This document shows positions 26,293 through 39,370 of a stretch of 60,449 bases of DNA, one piece after another. Origin of the DNA: a bacterium (GTDB lineage Bacteria > Margulisbacteria > Marinamargulisbacteria > SXXA01); NCBI GenBank assembly GCA_010028705.1, contig RHAI01000003.1, positions 1 through 60,449 on the forward strand, in the 5' to 3' direction. The notes under the pieces were generated by a model. It did not search any database, was not told the origin of the DNA, and saw only the letters and a list, made by a program, of their open reading frames with translations. Within the stretch, counting starts at the first letter, position 1. Every line of letters begins with the position of its first letter. Position numbers and translations under genes: made by a program.

Positions 26293-26876
26293 CTTTTCAC
26301 GGTTGCTGCTCGCCCTCGCCATTCGATCACGACCAACAACACGACAATCATGAGGTTCATCGTAGCTGGAAATAGTACGGTCGTAAGGTTGCGCTCACTG
26401 AGCGAAAAGAACGATGCCCCATTTCGACAAAATAAAATTAGGTACATACTCACCGGTTCTGAGTGGGGGGCTGACCAGCATTTATGGATGGTCGGCCAGA
26501 AGGCGATGGCATCGGCCACCGACAACGACAGGCTTGCCCACAATGGGTTTTGGGTCAGTCCCCAGATTGGGATGGCCGACAATGCCCCAAGAAATGCCCA
26601 CACGTCACTGGATGCAACGGGGACGTTGTTCCGCTGAAATAACGCGCATATTCCTACGCCGATAGTCAGAATGCCGGCGAAAAGGGTGGGGTAAGCTCCG
26701 GGACCGGCGCCTCCCGCCCACTGGGCGGCGGCGGCCAAAATGGTCGTAATCGACCAAATTGTCCACGAAAACACATGGGGAATGGTGGTGCCTGCGATAA
26801 TCGATCGGTAGTACGGAATAAATGAACCGAGAGTTAAGATGGATGTCGCGGCTGTCCAGATGGCTTGAAATTTCAT
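26289..26876 (-). CDS. hypothetical polytopic membrane protein
   Basis: 195 aa, about 6 hydrophobic segments, Trp-rich. Convergent 4-nt overlap with the bEBP stop. Confidence 0.5.
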   Translation of the reverse strand: MKFQAIWTAATSILTLGSFIPYYRSIIAGTTIPHVFSWTIWSITTILAAAAQWAGGAGPGAYPTLFAGILTIGVGICALFQRNNVPVASSDVWAFLGALSAIPIWGLTQNPLWASLSLSVADAIAFWPTIHKCWSAPHSEPVSMYLILFCRNGASFFSLSERNLTTVLFPATMNLMIVVLLVVIEWRGRAATVKS

Positions 26877-27063
26877 TCAGGTATAGCATATCTCATTTTG
26901 CATGTGGGGGGGTATATCTAAATCGATGGCATTAGCCAATAACTCCACGTCTGTGCTACACTGATCCACTTTTGATATCCGCTTCTTGCGGGTGTGGGGC
27001 CCCAAAGTAATATTGAAATTGAAGCGATGGTTCAAAGTGAAAGACCGCAATCGAGGAGTTTGA

Positions 27064-29046
<1,983 letters not shown>

Positions 29047-29060
29047 GGAGAATAATCGAC

Positions 29061-31592
29061 ATGAGCGATGAACAAACCCCTTCATTATTTGGTGAAGCAG
29101 AATTGACCCCTGAAGCGGAGGTATCTCCGAGTAACTCCGGCAACGTCGCGTTAATAAATATTAACGATGAAATGAAGAGCTCGTATCTTGAGTATGCAAT
29201 GTCTGTAATCGTTGGCCGCGCGTTGCCGGATGTTCGGGATGGATTGAAGCCTGTTCATCGCCGAATTTTGTACTCAATGTACGACAGCGGATACACCGCC
29301 GGACGTCCATACAAAAAGTGTGCGCGTATCGTTGGCGATGTTCTCGGTCGATATCATCCCCACGGTGACAGTGCTGTATACGATGCCTTGGTGCGTTTGG
29401 CACAAGATTTTTCGGTGCGCTATCCATTGATTGATGGCCAAGGAAATTACGGATCGATTGACGGGGACAACGCGGCGGCAATGCGTTATACCGAAGCTCG
29501 AATGTCTCGAATAAGCATGACCCTGCTTGAAGATATCGATAAAGAAACAGTCGATTTTGCACCGAATTTCGATGAATCGTTGGAAGAGCCTCGCGTGCTT
29601 CCGTCTCGGATTCCTACGCTATTGCTCAATGGAACGGCTGGGATTGCCGTGGGTATGGCGACTAACATTCCGCCCCATAACCTCAATGAGCTTGTGGAAG
29701 GGATTTGTGCATTAATTGACAATCCGTTAATTGAACTGCCTGAGTTAATGACCCATATCAAGGGGCCCGATTTCCCAACAGGCGCCATTATTTGTGGCAC
29801 CGACGGGATTGCTCAAGCCTATGCGACTGGACGTGGCTCCGTGTTGATTCGAAGTCGAACCACCATCGAGGAATCGAAGAAAAAAGGTAAAACGGCCATT
29901 ATCGTTCACGAAATTCCGTATCAAATTAACAAGGCGAATTTGATCATAAAAATTGCTGAGTTAGTCCAGGAAAAAAAGATTCCCGATATTTCAGATTTGC
30001 GTGATGAATCTGACCGAAAAGGCATGCGAATCTATATCGAATTGAAACGTGATGCCTCTCCGGAGGTGGTGCTTAATCAACTGTACAAACACACCGCGCT
30101 TCAAAATAGCTTTGGGATCAATATGGTAGCCTTAGTTAATGGCATTCCACGAACGTTGACTTTGAAAGAAATTCTGACCCACTACGTGGCGCATCGGAAA
30201 GAAGTTGTCGTTCGTCGTACCCAGTTCGATCTGCGCAAGGCTCAGGAGCGATTGCACCTATTGGAAGGGTTTCGAATCGCTCTCCAAAATCTTGATGCGG
30301 TTATTGCACTCATTCGTGGTTCGGCGAATGGTGAAGAAGCCCGGGCGGGATTGATTGCTCAATTTGGATTAACCGAGATTCAAGCGATCGCCATTTTGGA
30401 TATGCGTCTTCAGCGATTAACTGGGCTCGAGCGCGAAAAAATCGAATCAGAGTATACCGATATTTTGGTCAAAATTGCCGACCTTAAAGATATTTTAGGC
30501 AGCGAGAGTCGGGTCTATCAGATTATCAAGCACGAGCATATTGAAATAAAAGAAAAATTTGGCGACGCACGACGCACCGTCATTGGGGAGTCTGTTGGGG
30601 ATATGGATTTAGAGGATCTGATTCCCGAAGAAAAAGTGGCGGTATTATTTTCGAAAAAAGGATTCGTTAAGCGCATGCCGGTGTCGATGTTTCGTAGTCA
30701 GCTTCGCGGTGGCCGTGGAGTGAACAGCATGACGACGCGCGATGAGGATAGTATCGATAACATCTATGTCACGAGTACCCATGATTATTTACTATGTTTC
30801 TCGAATACGGGCCGTGCATTCAAAATCAAAGCGTACCAGGTACCCGAAGCGTCGAAGCAATCCAAGGGTGTTTCGATTGCGCATTTCCTGAATTTAGAGT
30901 CGGATGAGGTCATTACCGCAACCATTCCGGTCGATAGCTTTGAGACCGATGAATACTTGCTCATGGCGACGGGTAATGGGACGGTTAAGAAATCGGCGTT
31001 ACGCGAGTTTATTCATTTTAAAAATCGACCCATTATTGCAATTAATTTAGATGAGGGGGACAAATTAAATTGGGTAAAACGAACCAATGGTGCTAAAGAT
31101 GTGGTGTTAGTGACTCACAACGGAATGGTCATTCGGTTTGATGAGGAACAAATCCGTCCGATGGCCCGTGCCACTCGAGGGGTTCGGGGTATTAAAATTA
31201 AGCCTGATGATCGACTGGTGTCCATGGATGTTATCGATCATGAGGAAATGAATCTCCATCTACTGATTGTGACCCGAATGGGATACGGAAAAAATATCAA
31301 AGTGGGCGAGTTTCGTGGCCAAGGTCGCGGTGGAATCGGTGTTCGATGCCTTCGATTTAGGAAAACTGTTAAGGGTGATTATGTTACTGATGCCATTATC
31401 GCTCAACGCGACAATGAAGTGATGCTTGTCACCAAGGATGGCACGTTATGTCGTCAGAAAATAGCCAGTATTTCAGTTCAAAAACGAGATTCCCAAGGCG
31501 TCAAAATTATTAAGTTAGATAACAGTGACGAAGTCATCGCGGTGACCGAAGTGGATGATGCGGCTGATGCGGACACCGCATCGTTATTATAG
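29061..31592 (+). CDS. gyrA: DNA gyrase subunit A
   Basis: [43 protein letters not shown] (catalytic Tyr)..C-terminal beta-pinwheel repeats. Confidence 0.98.
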   Translation: MSDEQTPSLFGEAELTPEAEVSPSNSGNVALININDEMKSSYLEYAMSVIVGRALPDVRDGLKPVHRRILYSMYDSGYTAGRPYKKCARIVGDVLGRYHPHGDSAVYDALVRLAQDFSVRYPLIDGQGNYGSIDGDNAAAMRYTEARMSRISMTLLEDIDKETVDFAPNFDESLEEPRVLPSRIPTLLLNGTAGIAVGMATNIPPHNLNELVEGICALIDNPLIELPELMTHIKGPDFPTGAIICGTDGIAQAYATGRGSVLIRSRTTIEESKKKGKTAIIVHEIPYQINKANLIIKIAELVQEKKIPDISDLRDESDRKGMRIYIELKRDASPEVVLNQLYKHTALQNSFGINMVALVNGIPRTLTLKEILTHYVAHRKEVVVRRTQFDLRKAQERLHLLEGFRIALQNLDAVIALIRGSANGEEARAGLIAQFGLTEIQAIAILDMRLQRLTGLEREKIESEYTDILVKIADLKDILGSESRVYQIIKHEHIEIKEKFGDARRTVIGESVGDMDLEDLIPEEKVAVLFSKKGFVKRMPVSMFRSQLRGGRGVNSMTTRDEDSIDNIYVTSTHDYLLCFSNTGRAFKIKAYQVPEASKQSKGVSIAHFLNLESDEVITATIPVDSFETDEYLLMATGNGTVKKSALREFIHFKNRPIIAINLDEGDKLNWVKRTNGAKDVVLVTHNGMVIRFDEEQIRPMARATRGVRGIKIKPDDRLVSMDVIDHEEMNLHLLIVTRMGYGKNIKVGEFRGQGRGGIGVRCLRFRKTVKGDYVTDAIIAQRDNEVMLVTKDGTLCRQKIASISVQKRDSQGVKIIKLDNSDEVIAVTEVDDAADADTASLL

Positions 31593-31601
31593 GCGGGTAC
31601 T

Positions 31602-32591
31602 ATGAGTGAGGTATTAACAAAGATCAACCAGTTAGTGGAGACCGAATCCCAGTTTGTGGATCGTGTACTAAACGAAGCTTCACAGGTCATCGTCGGCCAA
31701 TCGTACGTTATGGAGCGCCTGCTGATCGGTGTGATATCCGGTGGGCATTTGTTGTTAGAAGGGGTTCCTGGGTTGGCGAAAACATTAGCTATTAAGACAC
31801 TTTCCCAGGTCTTTTCGGTAGAGTTTAAAAGGATTCAATTTACTCCAGATCTTTTGCCAGCTGATGTAATAGGGACCCTTATATTTGATCAAGCTTCTGG
31901 TAAATTTGTACCCAAGTTAGGCCCTATTTTTGCTAATTTAGTGCTTGCGGATGAAATAAATCGAGCCCCGGCTAAAGTCCAGTCGGCGCTACTGGAGGCG
32001 ATGCAGGAACGGCAAGTCACCATTGGGGACACAACGTACTCTCTGGCGGAGCCGTTTCTTGTGCTGGCGACCCAGAATCCAGTGGACCAAGAAGGGACCT
32101 ACACGCTTCCGGAGGCCCAAGTGGATCGGTTTCTAATGAAATTAAAGGTGACCTATCCCAGTAAAGCCGACGAACGACTCATTATTGATCGAATGACCTC
32201 GGGGACATTGCCTACAGTCCAGCCTGTCGCAGGCGCCGAGGATATACTCCGGGCGCGTCAAGTCGTATCGAAAATCTATGTGGATGATAAAATTAAAGAC
32301 TACGTGCTTGATATTATCTCTGCGACTCGGACGCCGCAATCGTATAATTTAGAATCACTGGCATCACTGATTCACTACGGAGCATCCCCGAGGGCCTCGT
32401 TGTCGATGATTATGGCTGCGCGCGCCCATGCGTTTATCAAACGAAGGGGGTATGTAACGCCGGAGGATATTAAGGCGGTTGCAAAAGATGTGCTCCGTCA
32501 CCGAGTAATTCCCTCATTTGAAGCCGACGCTGAAGGAGTGACGTCTGAGATGATTATTGATCGAATTTTTGCCGAGGTTAGGGTTCCTTAG
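31602..32591 (+). CDS. MoxR-family AAA+ ATPase
   Basis: HLLLEGVPGLAKT..FKRIQFTPDLLPADVIGT..LLADEINRAPAKVQSALLEAMQE..ATQNP.EQEGTY.LPEAQ.DRF. Confidence 0.92.
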   Translation: MSEVLTKINQLVETESQFVDRVLNEASQVIVGQSYVMERLLIGVISGGHLLLEGVPGLAKTLAIKTLSQVFSVEFKRIQFTPDLLPADVIGTLIFDQASGKFVPKLGPIFANLVLADEINRAPAKVQSALLEAMQERQVTIGDTTYSLAEPFLVLATQNPVDQEGTYTLPEAQVDRFLMKLKVTYPSKADERLIIDRMTSGTLPTVQPVAGAEDILRARQVVSKIYVDDKIKDYVLDIISATRTPQSYNLESLASLIHYGASPRASLSMIMAARAHAFIKRRGYVTPEDIKAVAKDVLRHRVIPSFEADAEGVTSEMIIDRIFAEVRVP

Positions 32592-32603
32592 TTCGTTGGC
32601 ACA

Positions 32604-33476
32604 ATGATTCCATCGGAGATAGTAGCCGCTATCCGGCGTATTGAGATTCGGGCTAGCCGCGTCGTTAACTCGATGGTGGCTGGTGAGTATCATTCTGCAT
32701 TCAAGGGCCAAGGGCTTAATTTTGCGGAAGTTCGCGAATATGCAATCGGTGACGATGTCCGCCAAATCGATTGGAATGTAACGGCTAAAGCGGGGAAACC
32801 TCATATTAAGCTTTTTAACGAAGAGCGGGAATTGACCGTTGTTATCCTCGCGGATTTAAGTGGGTCTGGCCAGTTTGGAAGCACAACGTTTACAAAGCGA
32901 GAGGTAATTGCCGAGCTAACAGCAATACTTGGTCTGTCAGCATTATCGAATAACGATCGGGTGGGGGCATTACTCTTTACTGATGAAATTGAAGCGCTTA
33001 TTCCTGTGAAAAAAGGGCGAAGCCATGTCCTGCGGTTGGTCCGGGACGTACTTGCGATTGAACCCCGATCACGTCGCACCTCCATTGATACTGTTTTACG
33101 GTATTTACTGCGGTTTCAACGGCGTTCCGCGATTGTGTTTTTGATTTCCGATTTTATTGATTCGGGGTACGAGAACGCACTGGCATTGGCGTCGGCGCAA
33201 TACGATGTCGTCCCGATTGTGGTTCAAGACCCGGGCGAAGCTCGGATTCCCGAATCCGGATTGATACAGGGCGTCGATCCAGAAACTGGCCAGACGGTAA
33301 TAATAAATACCAGTGATTCAACAGTACGTAATGAAATAATTTCTCGGCGAAATGCCCGCCATATCCAGCTCACTAAGTTATTTCAAAAATACAATTTAAT
33401 TCCGATTAATGTCGAAGTTGGAAAGTCCTACGTCGATTCGTTGGTGCGCTTTTTTACAGCGAGGGGACGATTTTGA
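32604..33476 (+). CDS. DUF58-domain protein (MoxR partner)
   Basis: G.NFAEVREYAIGDDVRQIDWNVTAK.GKPHIKLF.EERE followed by a VWA-like fold. Confidence 0.85.
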   Translation: MIPSEIVAAIRRIEIRASRVVNSMVAGEYHSAFKGQGLNFAEVREYAIGDDVRQIDWNVTAKAGKPHIKLFNEERELTVVILADLSGSGQFGSTTFTKREVIAELTAILGLSALSNNDRVGALLFTDEIEALIPVKKGRSHVLRLVRDVLAIEPRSRRTSIDTVLRYLLRFQRRSAIVFLISDFIDSGYENALALASAQYDVVPIVVQDPGEARIPESGLIQGVDPETGQTVIINTSDSTVRNEIISRRNARHIQLTKLFQKYNLIPINVEVGKSYVDSLVRFFTARGRF

Positions 33477-34408
33477 ACGCTCGGAATGCCCTCGCTGTAC
33501 TCGTAAGTATCGTGGCCGCTGTTCATGTCATGGCATCGCCAGTGAATCCCCCAATTTCAGCTGGACAGATTATAAGCCGAACAACGGCGACCATCGGCGA
33601 TCAGCTGACCTATGAGCTACGTGTGACGTACAATTCGTCGGTCACAATTAAAAAGATCTCTGATTCAGCGTTCAAAACGCCCTGGGTGGTTGTGTCCTTC
33701 GCCAAATCCAGGAACTCAGTTGGCGATGTGACCGTATTTTCGTCCAAGGCAGTTGTCAGCCCGTTTGCCACCGGGACAATAACGATACCGGAACGCACCA
33801 TTGACTATGTTGACAATGGACACCCTGGGACATGCGTAGTGCCCGAGGTAGTGATCACCGTGGAATCGGTATTGTCGGCAACGTCGAATCAGTTGCAGGG
33901 AATCAAACGGGGGGATGGATTGCCGATCCCATTTGGGGCTATTGTTGCGATAGGTGTGGCGGTTGGGGCGGCTCTCTCTGGGGGCATCATTTGGGCACTG
34001 ATTCGTCGACGATCGAATCAGCCCGAACTAGAGGAAGTGCCTGTCATCGATTTTAGAACCCCAGAACAATGTGCGACCGACTCGTTAGATATGTTGCTTC
34101 AGTCCGACTACTCGAGCGTGTTATTTTTTACCCATCTCTCGGATATTGTTCGACGGTACCTCGAGCAACGATTCACTATTTCAGCGTCGGAAATGACCAC
34201 TTTTGAATTAGAGGTCGCCTTGGGAAAGCGGATCGATAGCCACTGGATCGAACGGATTATTCGGGTCTTGAACTTGTGTGACTTAGCCAAATTTGCAAAA
34301 TATGAACCCTCGGCGGCTGAGCCGTCCGCAGCAGTGGAAAAAATTCGATCAGTGATTATGGCATTAACGCCAGCCATTGAAACGGAGCCCAATGATCATA
34401 GCGAATAG
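33473..34408 (+). CDS. membrane protein: BatD-like Ig-type N-domain + TM + DUF4381-like C-domain
   Basis: TTG start in a TTGA overlap, with GAGGGGA 5 nt upstream. Signal peptide, then ATIGDQLTYELRVTY (BatD-like), a TM (IPFGAIVAIGVAVGAALSGGIIWALI), then SDIVRRYLEQRF.ISASEMTTFE..LNLCDLAKFAKY. Confidence 0.5.
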   Translation: MNARNALAVLVSIVAAVHVMASPVNPPISAGQIISRTTATIGDQLTYELRVTYNSSVTIKKISDSAFKTPWVVVSFAKSRNSVGDVTVFSSKAVVSPFATGTITIPERTIDYVDNGHPGTCVVPEVVITVESVLSATSNQLQGIKRGDGLPIPFGAIVAIGVAVGAALSGGIIWALIRRRSNQPELEEVPVIDFRTPEQCATDSLDMLLQSDYSSVLFFTHLSDIVRRYLEQRFTISASEMTTFELEVALGKRIDSHWIERIIRVLNLCDLAKFAKYEPSAAEPSAAVEKIRSVIMALTPAIETEPNDHSE

Positions 34409-35399
34409 TTGGGCGTTAGTATTGATTCCTGCGGTGGCCTGGGTATTCTGGCGATGCCTCCAGAGAAAAGACGGTGGGGTTCGGGCGATTCCAATTCCTG
34501 ATCTGGCGTCCTTTACCGACCTAAGCCATCGTCCCTCGAGTCGTTGGAGGATTATTCGACCATGGCTGCGATGGATGATCATTGGCGTGATTGTGATGGC
34601 GATCCTACGACCCCAGTGGCACCAACCCCTCACCGACCTTTCCGAACCTGGAGTTGATATAGTTATTGCTATGGACGTTTCGGGGAGTATGGCCGCGGAA
34701 GATTTCGCCCCTGAAAATCGATTGAGTGCGGCCAAGACCGTGGCCAAGGATTTTGTCCTGCGACGGTCGAATGATCGTATCGGTATGGTTGTGTTTGGCA
34801 CTTACGCGCTTACCCAGTGTCCGCTGACCTTAGATCAGCCGGTATTAACGGATCTGATCAGTAAAATTGAGCTTGGTCAGGCTGGACAAGATACGGCATT
34901 GGGACTCGGATTAGCGTCTGCGGTGAATCGGTTGACGCACAGTACGGCGAAAACAAAACTAGTGATTCTGATTACCGATGGGGTTAATAACGCCGGCGGG
35001 ATTTTGCCGGACGCTGCGGCTGAAATTGCGCGACGATTAGGTATCAAGGTGTATTGTATTGGTATTGGGAAACTTGGCGGGGCACCGATCCCTGTGGTCG
35101 ATGAAAAGAACAATAAAAGTTACGAGAAAAACGAGGATGGATCATTGGTGATGACGGAAATTGATGAATCAACGTTGAAATCAATTTCGAAGACCACTGG
35201 CGGACGTTATTTCCGAGCGACAGATACTCGATCGCTGGAGTCGATTTATAAATCGATTGATTCGCTTGAAAAGAGTCCCGCAAAAATGCATACATCGTAC
35301 CGAACGATTGACATTTTCCCATTTCTATTGATGCTTGCATTCGTTGGTTTGGTCATCGATTTAGCCTTAACGTTAGTCGTATGGCGGGTGAATCCATGA
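34392..35399 (+). CDS. VWA-domain membrane protein, BatA-like
   Basis: Start at ATG 34392 (GGAG 6 nt upstream; the track TTG at 34377 is an alternative). Two N-terminal TMs, the MIDAS motif DIVIAMDVSGSM, LITDGVNN, and a C-terminal TM. Confidence 0.8.
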   Translation: MIIANSWALVLIPAVAWVFWRCLQRKDGGVRAIPIPDLASFTDLSHRPSSRWRIIRPWLRWMIIGVIVMAILRPQWHQPLTDLSEPGVDIVIAMDVSGSMAAEDFAPENRLSAAKTVAKDFVLRRSNDRIGMVVFGTYALTQCPLTLDQPVLTDLISKIELGQAGQDTALGLGLASAVNRLTHSTAKTKLVILITDGVNNAGGILPDAAAEIARRLGIKVYCIGIGKLGGAPIPVVDEKNNKSYEKNEDGSLVMTEIDESTLKSISKTTGGRYFRATDTRSLESIYKSIDSLEKSPAKMHTSYRTIDIFPFLLMLAFVGLVIDLALTLVVWRVNP

Positions 35400-36403
35400 T
35401 TTGGGCACGGATGGAGTGGGTTCCGATTCTTATCGTAATTCCGGTGCTGGCTATTGGCGTGATTGCCGCCCGTCGTCATCGAATGACGACCATGAATTTA
35501 TGGATTTCATCCTCACTTTGGGACAAAGTGGTCTGGGGAATCGATTTTATTAAACAACGTCGCTCCGAGTGGCTAGTGATTGGGGCTATTTTCTGCCTTG
35601 GATTAGCGATACTCCGGCCGCAGTACGGGGTGGAATATGAATCGCTTAAGGGGCAGGGGCAGACCCTGTTTATTGCATTAGATACCTCCCAAAGTATGAT
35701 GGCCCGCGATTTTGATGGGGGGCGATTGGAGTTTGCAAAACAAGATATCAATGCCCTCATTAACGAGTTGTCGAATGATCGTGTCGGGCTCATCACCTTC
35801 GAGGGGACTTCGGCGGTCGAATGCCCATTAACGATTGATTCGGCGGCCGTTAAATTGTTTGTTGATGAAATTCAAGCCAATCATTTGCCGATTCCAGGAA
35901 CCAATTTAGCCGCTGCGATTCGCCAAGCAATCGAGTCCTACAAAAAAATTCCTGGCCGAAAAACCGTGGTTATTTTTTCAGATGGCGAAAATTTTGAGGG
36001 AAATTTTCGGTCCGCCGCACGTGACGCTAAAGATGCGGGGATAATCATTCACACTGTCGGTATTGGATCATCGAATGGCGCCGAGATTCCAATAAGTGAC
36101 GACAGCGGGTCGATCACAGCTGTTCGCCTCGATACGACCAATAGACCCATTCTGACACGACTTAACGAAGGGCCTCTTCGTGAAATTGCGGCACTGACTG
36201 GTGGTCAGTATATTCGAGTCAGACCGGGACAAAATGCCGCGCCTCGATTGACAGTGTTGTTGGGCAAGGGTTCAACCGTCGACTATACCGCTTACCTTAC
36301 GCCTCGATATCATGATCGATATATCGGATTTGCACTGATTGGATTGATATGTTTGCTGCTCGAAGTCATGGCATCAACGGGAATTAAACTATGGTTAAAA
36401 TAA
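35396..36403 (+). CDS. VWA-domain membrane protein, BatB-like
   Basis: ATGA overlap with BatA. N-terminal TMs, a DTSQSM MIDAS-like motif, VIFSDGEN, and a C-terminal TM. Confidence 0.8.
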   Translation: MIWARMEWVPILIVIPVLAIGVIAARRHRMTTMNLWISSSLWDKVVWGIDFIKQRRSEWLVIGAIFCLGLAILRPQYGVEYESLKGQGQTLFIALDTSQSMMARDFDGGRLEFAKQDINALINELSNDRVGLITFEGTSAVECPLTIDSAAVKLFVDEIQANHLPIPGTNLAAAIRQAIESYKKIPGRKTVVIFSDGENFEGNFRSAARDAKDAGIIIHTVGIGSSNGAEIPISDDSGSITAVRLDTTNRPILTRLNEGPLREIAALTGGQYIRVRPGQNAAPRLTVLLGKGSTVDYTAYLTPRYHDRYIGFALIGLICLLLEVMASTGIKLWLK

Positions 36404-36990
36404 TTGTCCGACTTGCCATTTTCTTCGTGATTACTGGGTCGCTCGGTGGGGCGTCAATGGTGTATGGGGAATCCGTGGCTCAGTATTGGACATTTCAAAA
36501 GGGAACAAATCTTGAAAGCGACGGTCGAGTGAAGGATGCCGTTGCTGTGTTTGAAAAACTTTTAGCTGATGATCCTGGTAACCCGATTATTCAACGTCGC
36601 ATGGCGGATGCATACTATTCTAATGGGCAGTATAGTAATGCCCGCACAATTTATGAAGGTCTTTTGAAACGTGTTCCCAAGTCACAGCTTCCGGACATTT
36701 GGTACAATCTCGGTAATATAGCCTTTAAAACGAATCATGGGGACGCGGCGGTCAATTGGTATCGAAAATGCCTGCTGGTTCGCCCCAATGATCAGCAATC
36801 GAAAACAAATTTAGAGCTTGCACAGAACCTGAGCCGGTCCAGCGATAGTCCACCGCCCCCATCGCCACCGCCGTTGCCTGCGGATCCGTCCCCAACCCTG
36901 AGCTCCTTGGATCAGCGAGAGCGAGAATCCCGACAGCAGCGGCGACATACGCCCCCTCCCAAACAGAATCGAGTGGAGAAGGATTGGTGA
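36391..36990 (+). CDS. TPR-repeat protein, BatC-like, Pro-rich C-terminus
   Basis: Signal/TM, TPR repeats (AYYSNGQYSNARTIYEGLL; WYNLGNIAFKTNHGDAAVNWYRKCL), and the tail SPPPPSPPPLPADPSP. Confidence 0.65.
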   Translation: MVKIIVRLAIFFVITGSLGGASMVYGESVAQYWTFQKGTNLESDGRVKDAVAVFEKLLADDPGNPIIQRRMADAYYSNGQYSNARTIYEGLLKRVPKSQLPDIWYNLGNIAFKTNHGDAAVNWYRKCLLVRPNDQQSKTNLELAQNLSRSSDSPPPPSPPPLPADPSPTLSSLDQRERESRQQRRHTPPPKQNRVEKDW

Positions 36991-36992
36991 TA

Positions 36993-38660
36993 ATGCGTCT
37001 AATAATCGGTATTGGGATGAGTATCGGTGTAGTGTGCGGCAGTGTGTTCGCAGACCCGATTCGAGTGGCCGTTGCTGTAAAACCGTCGTCAGTCCGAGTC
37101 GGTGAAACCCTGGAATATCGATTAACCGTTACAGGGCCCGATTTAGCGGCCATGCCCCCGTTGCAGTTGCCACAATTTAATTATTTTAAGGTGGGACCAT
37201 CTAAAGAAGAGACATCCTATAAATTGGTGAATGGCACCATGCAGATAACAAAAACACGTGTAATGACGTTGACCGCCTCGCGTGAGGGAAGCGCGCGGCT
37301 AGACCCTGTGGCTGTCACCGTCGGTAAAAAAGTAATCAAATCGAATGCCGTGGTTGTGGAAATTTCGTCAGATGCCCACGCCAGTGGCGATTTGATAGGC
37401 ACGGAGGTGATATTGCGATCCGAAGTGTCATCCCAAAAAGTCAAAGTCGGTCAGCCCATCATCTACAGGCTCCGAGTCTATCGGCAATCGATGTTTAAAC
37501 ACCCCCCCACTGTTCGGGAAGCATCGTATCAGGGCTTCTTTTCAAACGTAGAAATTCCGGATAAAAAGCCTAAAAAAACACTGATCAATGGGCAGGTGAT
37601 GTATGGGTCGGATGCCGTCAAACGTATTTTGTACGCGTCACAACCTGGCAAACTATTAATCCAAAATGCGTCCCTGTCGTATAAACCGAATCCGCCGTAT
37701 GGGGATGTAATTGTTAAAACTGCGACACCTGTTGAGATCCAAGTCGATCCACTTCCTTCCCCGGCGCCAGCTGGATTCGATGGGGCGGTCGGTGATTTTC
37801 AAATTATCGCACCTACGATCCAACTCAATGGGACACAATTTAGTCCGGTGGCAATTGAGTTTTATGTCTCAGGTACGGGGAATTTGGAATCAGTGTTGGG
37901 GGCGGTGATTCCCAAAGTAGATGGGGTGACGTTATCCAAGACAAGCGTGGCGACGGTCGATACCGCCAATCGCCAGGTTCGAAAGATCGTAGTCACCGCT
38001 ATTCCTCAAGTGAGTGGGGAAATTCGAATCCCTCCGGTGACATTAGTTGCTTTTTCAATTAAACGTCAGGCCTATGTCACCATTCAGTCTCGGGCCGTGA
38101 TGCTTAAAGTTGCGCAAGGTACCAGTGGAAGCCAGCTGTTGGATCGTGCCAACCGTCGGCCAACGTCGCCGGTACGCCGTGTCAATGACACGGATGGAGG
38201 TGTGGACGTTGCGCGTTGGTTAATTGGTGTACTGGCTGCGGGGAATGTTCTATGTTTCCTTGCCGTAGGTTTGATCGGGTTTGGTCGCTGGCGTGAGCTC
38301 CATTGGGGAGCGTCCCGCCGCCGTCGCGTCGCATGCGATCGGGCAATACGCACCATCGAACACCTTGAGAAATCGATTAACGCCGATACGGTTGACCAAT
38401 TATTTAAAGTGGGTCGATCGGCGCTATCAGATCTTGTCGGTCAGTCCTTGGATGGATTGTCAGGCATGGCTCTGGGTGACACTCTTCATCGTCTGGGATT
38501 CAACGATATGATGGTCGCACATACCGTCCGATGGTGGTCTGACATGGAGGCCCTAGTCTATCAACCCGAACTCCCAACAATTCCTGAAGCTCGGCATAAA
38601 ATACAAGAGACCATTGAATGGTTAACTGTTATTCGCCCGTTTGGAGACTCCTCATTATGA
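36993..38660 (+). CDS. BatD-like (oxygen-tolerance family) membrane protein
   Basis: ATG 36993 gives the signal peptide MRLIIGIGMSIGVVCGSVFA. Repeated Ig-like modules (VGETLEYRLTV; VGQPIIYRLRV), a late TM (LIGVLAAGNVLCFLAVGLIGF) and a cytoplasmic tail. Confidence 0.7.
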   Translation: MRLIIGIGMSIGVVCGSVFADPIRVAVAVKPSSVRVGETLEYRLTVTGPDLAAMPPLQLPQFNYFKVGPSKEETSYKLVNGTMQITKTRVMTLTASREGSARLDPVAVTVGKKVIKSNAVVVEISSDAHASGDLIGTEVILRSEVSSQKVKVGQPIIYRLRVYRQSMFKHPPTVREASYQGFFSNVEIPDKKPKKTLINGQVMYGSDAVKRILYASQPGKLLIQNASLSYKPNPPYGDVIVKTATPVEIQVDPLPSPAPAGFDGAVGDFQIIAPTIQLNGTQFSPVAIEFYVSGTGNLESVLGAVIPKVDGVTLSKTSVATVDTANRQVRKIVVTAIPQVSGEIRIPPVTLVAFSIKRQAYVTIQSRAVMLKVAQGTSGSQLLDRANRRPTSPVRRVNDTDGGVDVARWLIGVLAAGNVLCFLAVGLIGFGRWRELHWGASRRRRVACDRAIRTIEHLEKSINADTVDQLFKVGRSALSDLVGQSLDGLSGMALGDTLHRLGFNDMMVAHTVRWWSDMEALVYQPELPTIPEARHKIQETIEWLTVIRPFGDSSL

Positions 38661-39370
38661 CGGTCAATCGTATCGTAGCGACTGTAATGGCTATCCTGTT
38701 CGTCGGGGTGACGGCCCCGTCGGCAATGAGCGGGTCGGGGCTTCGGGCAGAACTCCCCATTTCGGCGGAAATTCGAACTCAAGTGCACCAACTCGAGACT
38801 CATCCCGATCACCCCATTATCCTGTATAATATTGGGACTCTGTATCTACAAGACAATCGGTTGGGGGAAGCTGTTTGGTTTTTGGAACGGGCGCGTCATA
38901 GGTCTCCGCGAGATCCAGATATTCGAAAAAATTTAGATGCCGCTCGCCACCAGGTAAATCGCGGGGGTGATTACCCGTCAATTGGACAAGACTTGATGGA
39001 AACCTTGCGTTTATTTTCAGTCGGAGAAGTGCTGGTCGCTTGGTTGCTTGTGACACTGATTTTGGGGATAACGACGATGGCATGGATGTACGACAAATTG
39101 GGTAGTCGCCGTCTGAAACTGGCCGTAATGATCTGGGTTGGTATGTCGATACCGACAGGGTTGCTTGTATGGGATTCCGTTTGCCCGCGAGCAATAGTAA
39201 TTCGCGCCACAATGCTGAGGGTGTCCCCAAGCTCGCAATCACCCGCTATTATGCCAATTGCGGAGGGAATCCAACTGAATATGGGTACATCGTTCAATCG
39301 ATGGACGAAAGTGACGTTGAATTCGGGAACGATTGGATGGGTTAAGATAGATGATATTCGATCACTGTAA
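38657..39370 (+). CDS. TPR + TM + SH3b protein, BatE-like
   Basis: ATGA overlap with the BatD stop. TPR (LYNIGTLYLQDNRLGEAVWFLERA), two TMs, and an SH3-like C-terminus (WTKVTLNSGTIGWVKIDDI). Confidence 0.6.
   Translation: MTVNRIVATVMAILFVGVTAPSAMSGSGLRAELPISAEIRTQVHQLETHPDHPIILYNIGTLYLQDNRLGEAVWFLERARHRSPRDPDIRKNLDAARHQVNRGGDYPSIGQDLMETLRLFSVGEVLVAWLLVTLILGITTMAWMYDKLGSRRLKLAVMIWVGMSIPTGLLVWDSVCPRAIVIRATMLRVSPSSQSPAIMPIAEGIQLNMGTSFNRWTKVTLNSGTIGWVKIDDIRSL

Noticed and set aside
32597-32611. TGGCAC-N5-TTCC just before the DUF58 gene
   Set aside because: The -12 element lacks GC. The motif also overlaps the ATG at 32604, leaving no room for a transcript leader.
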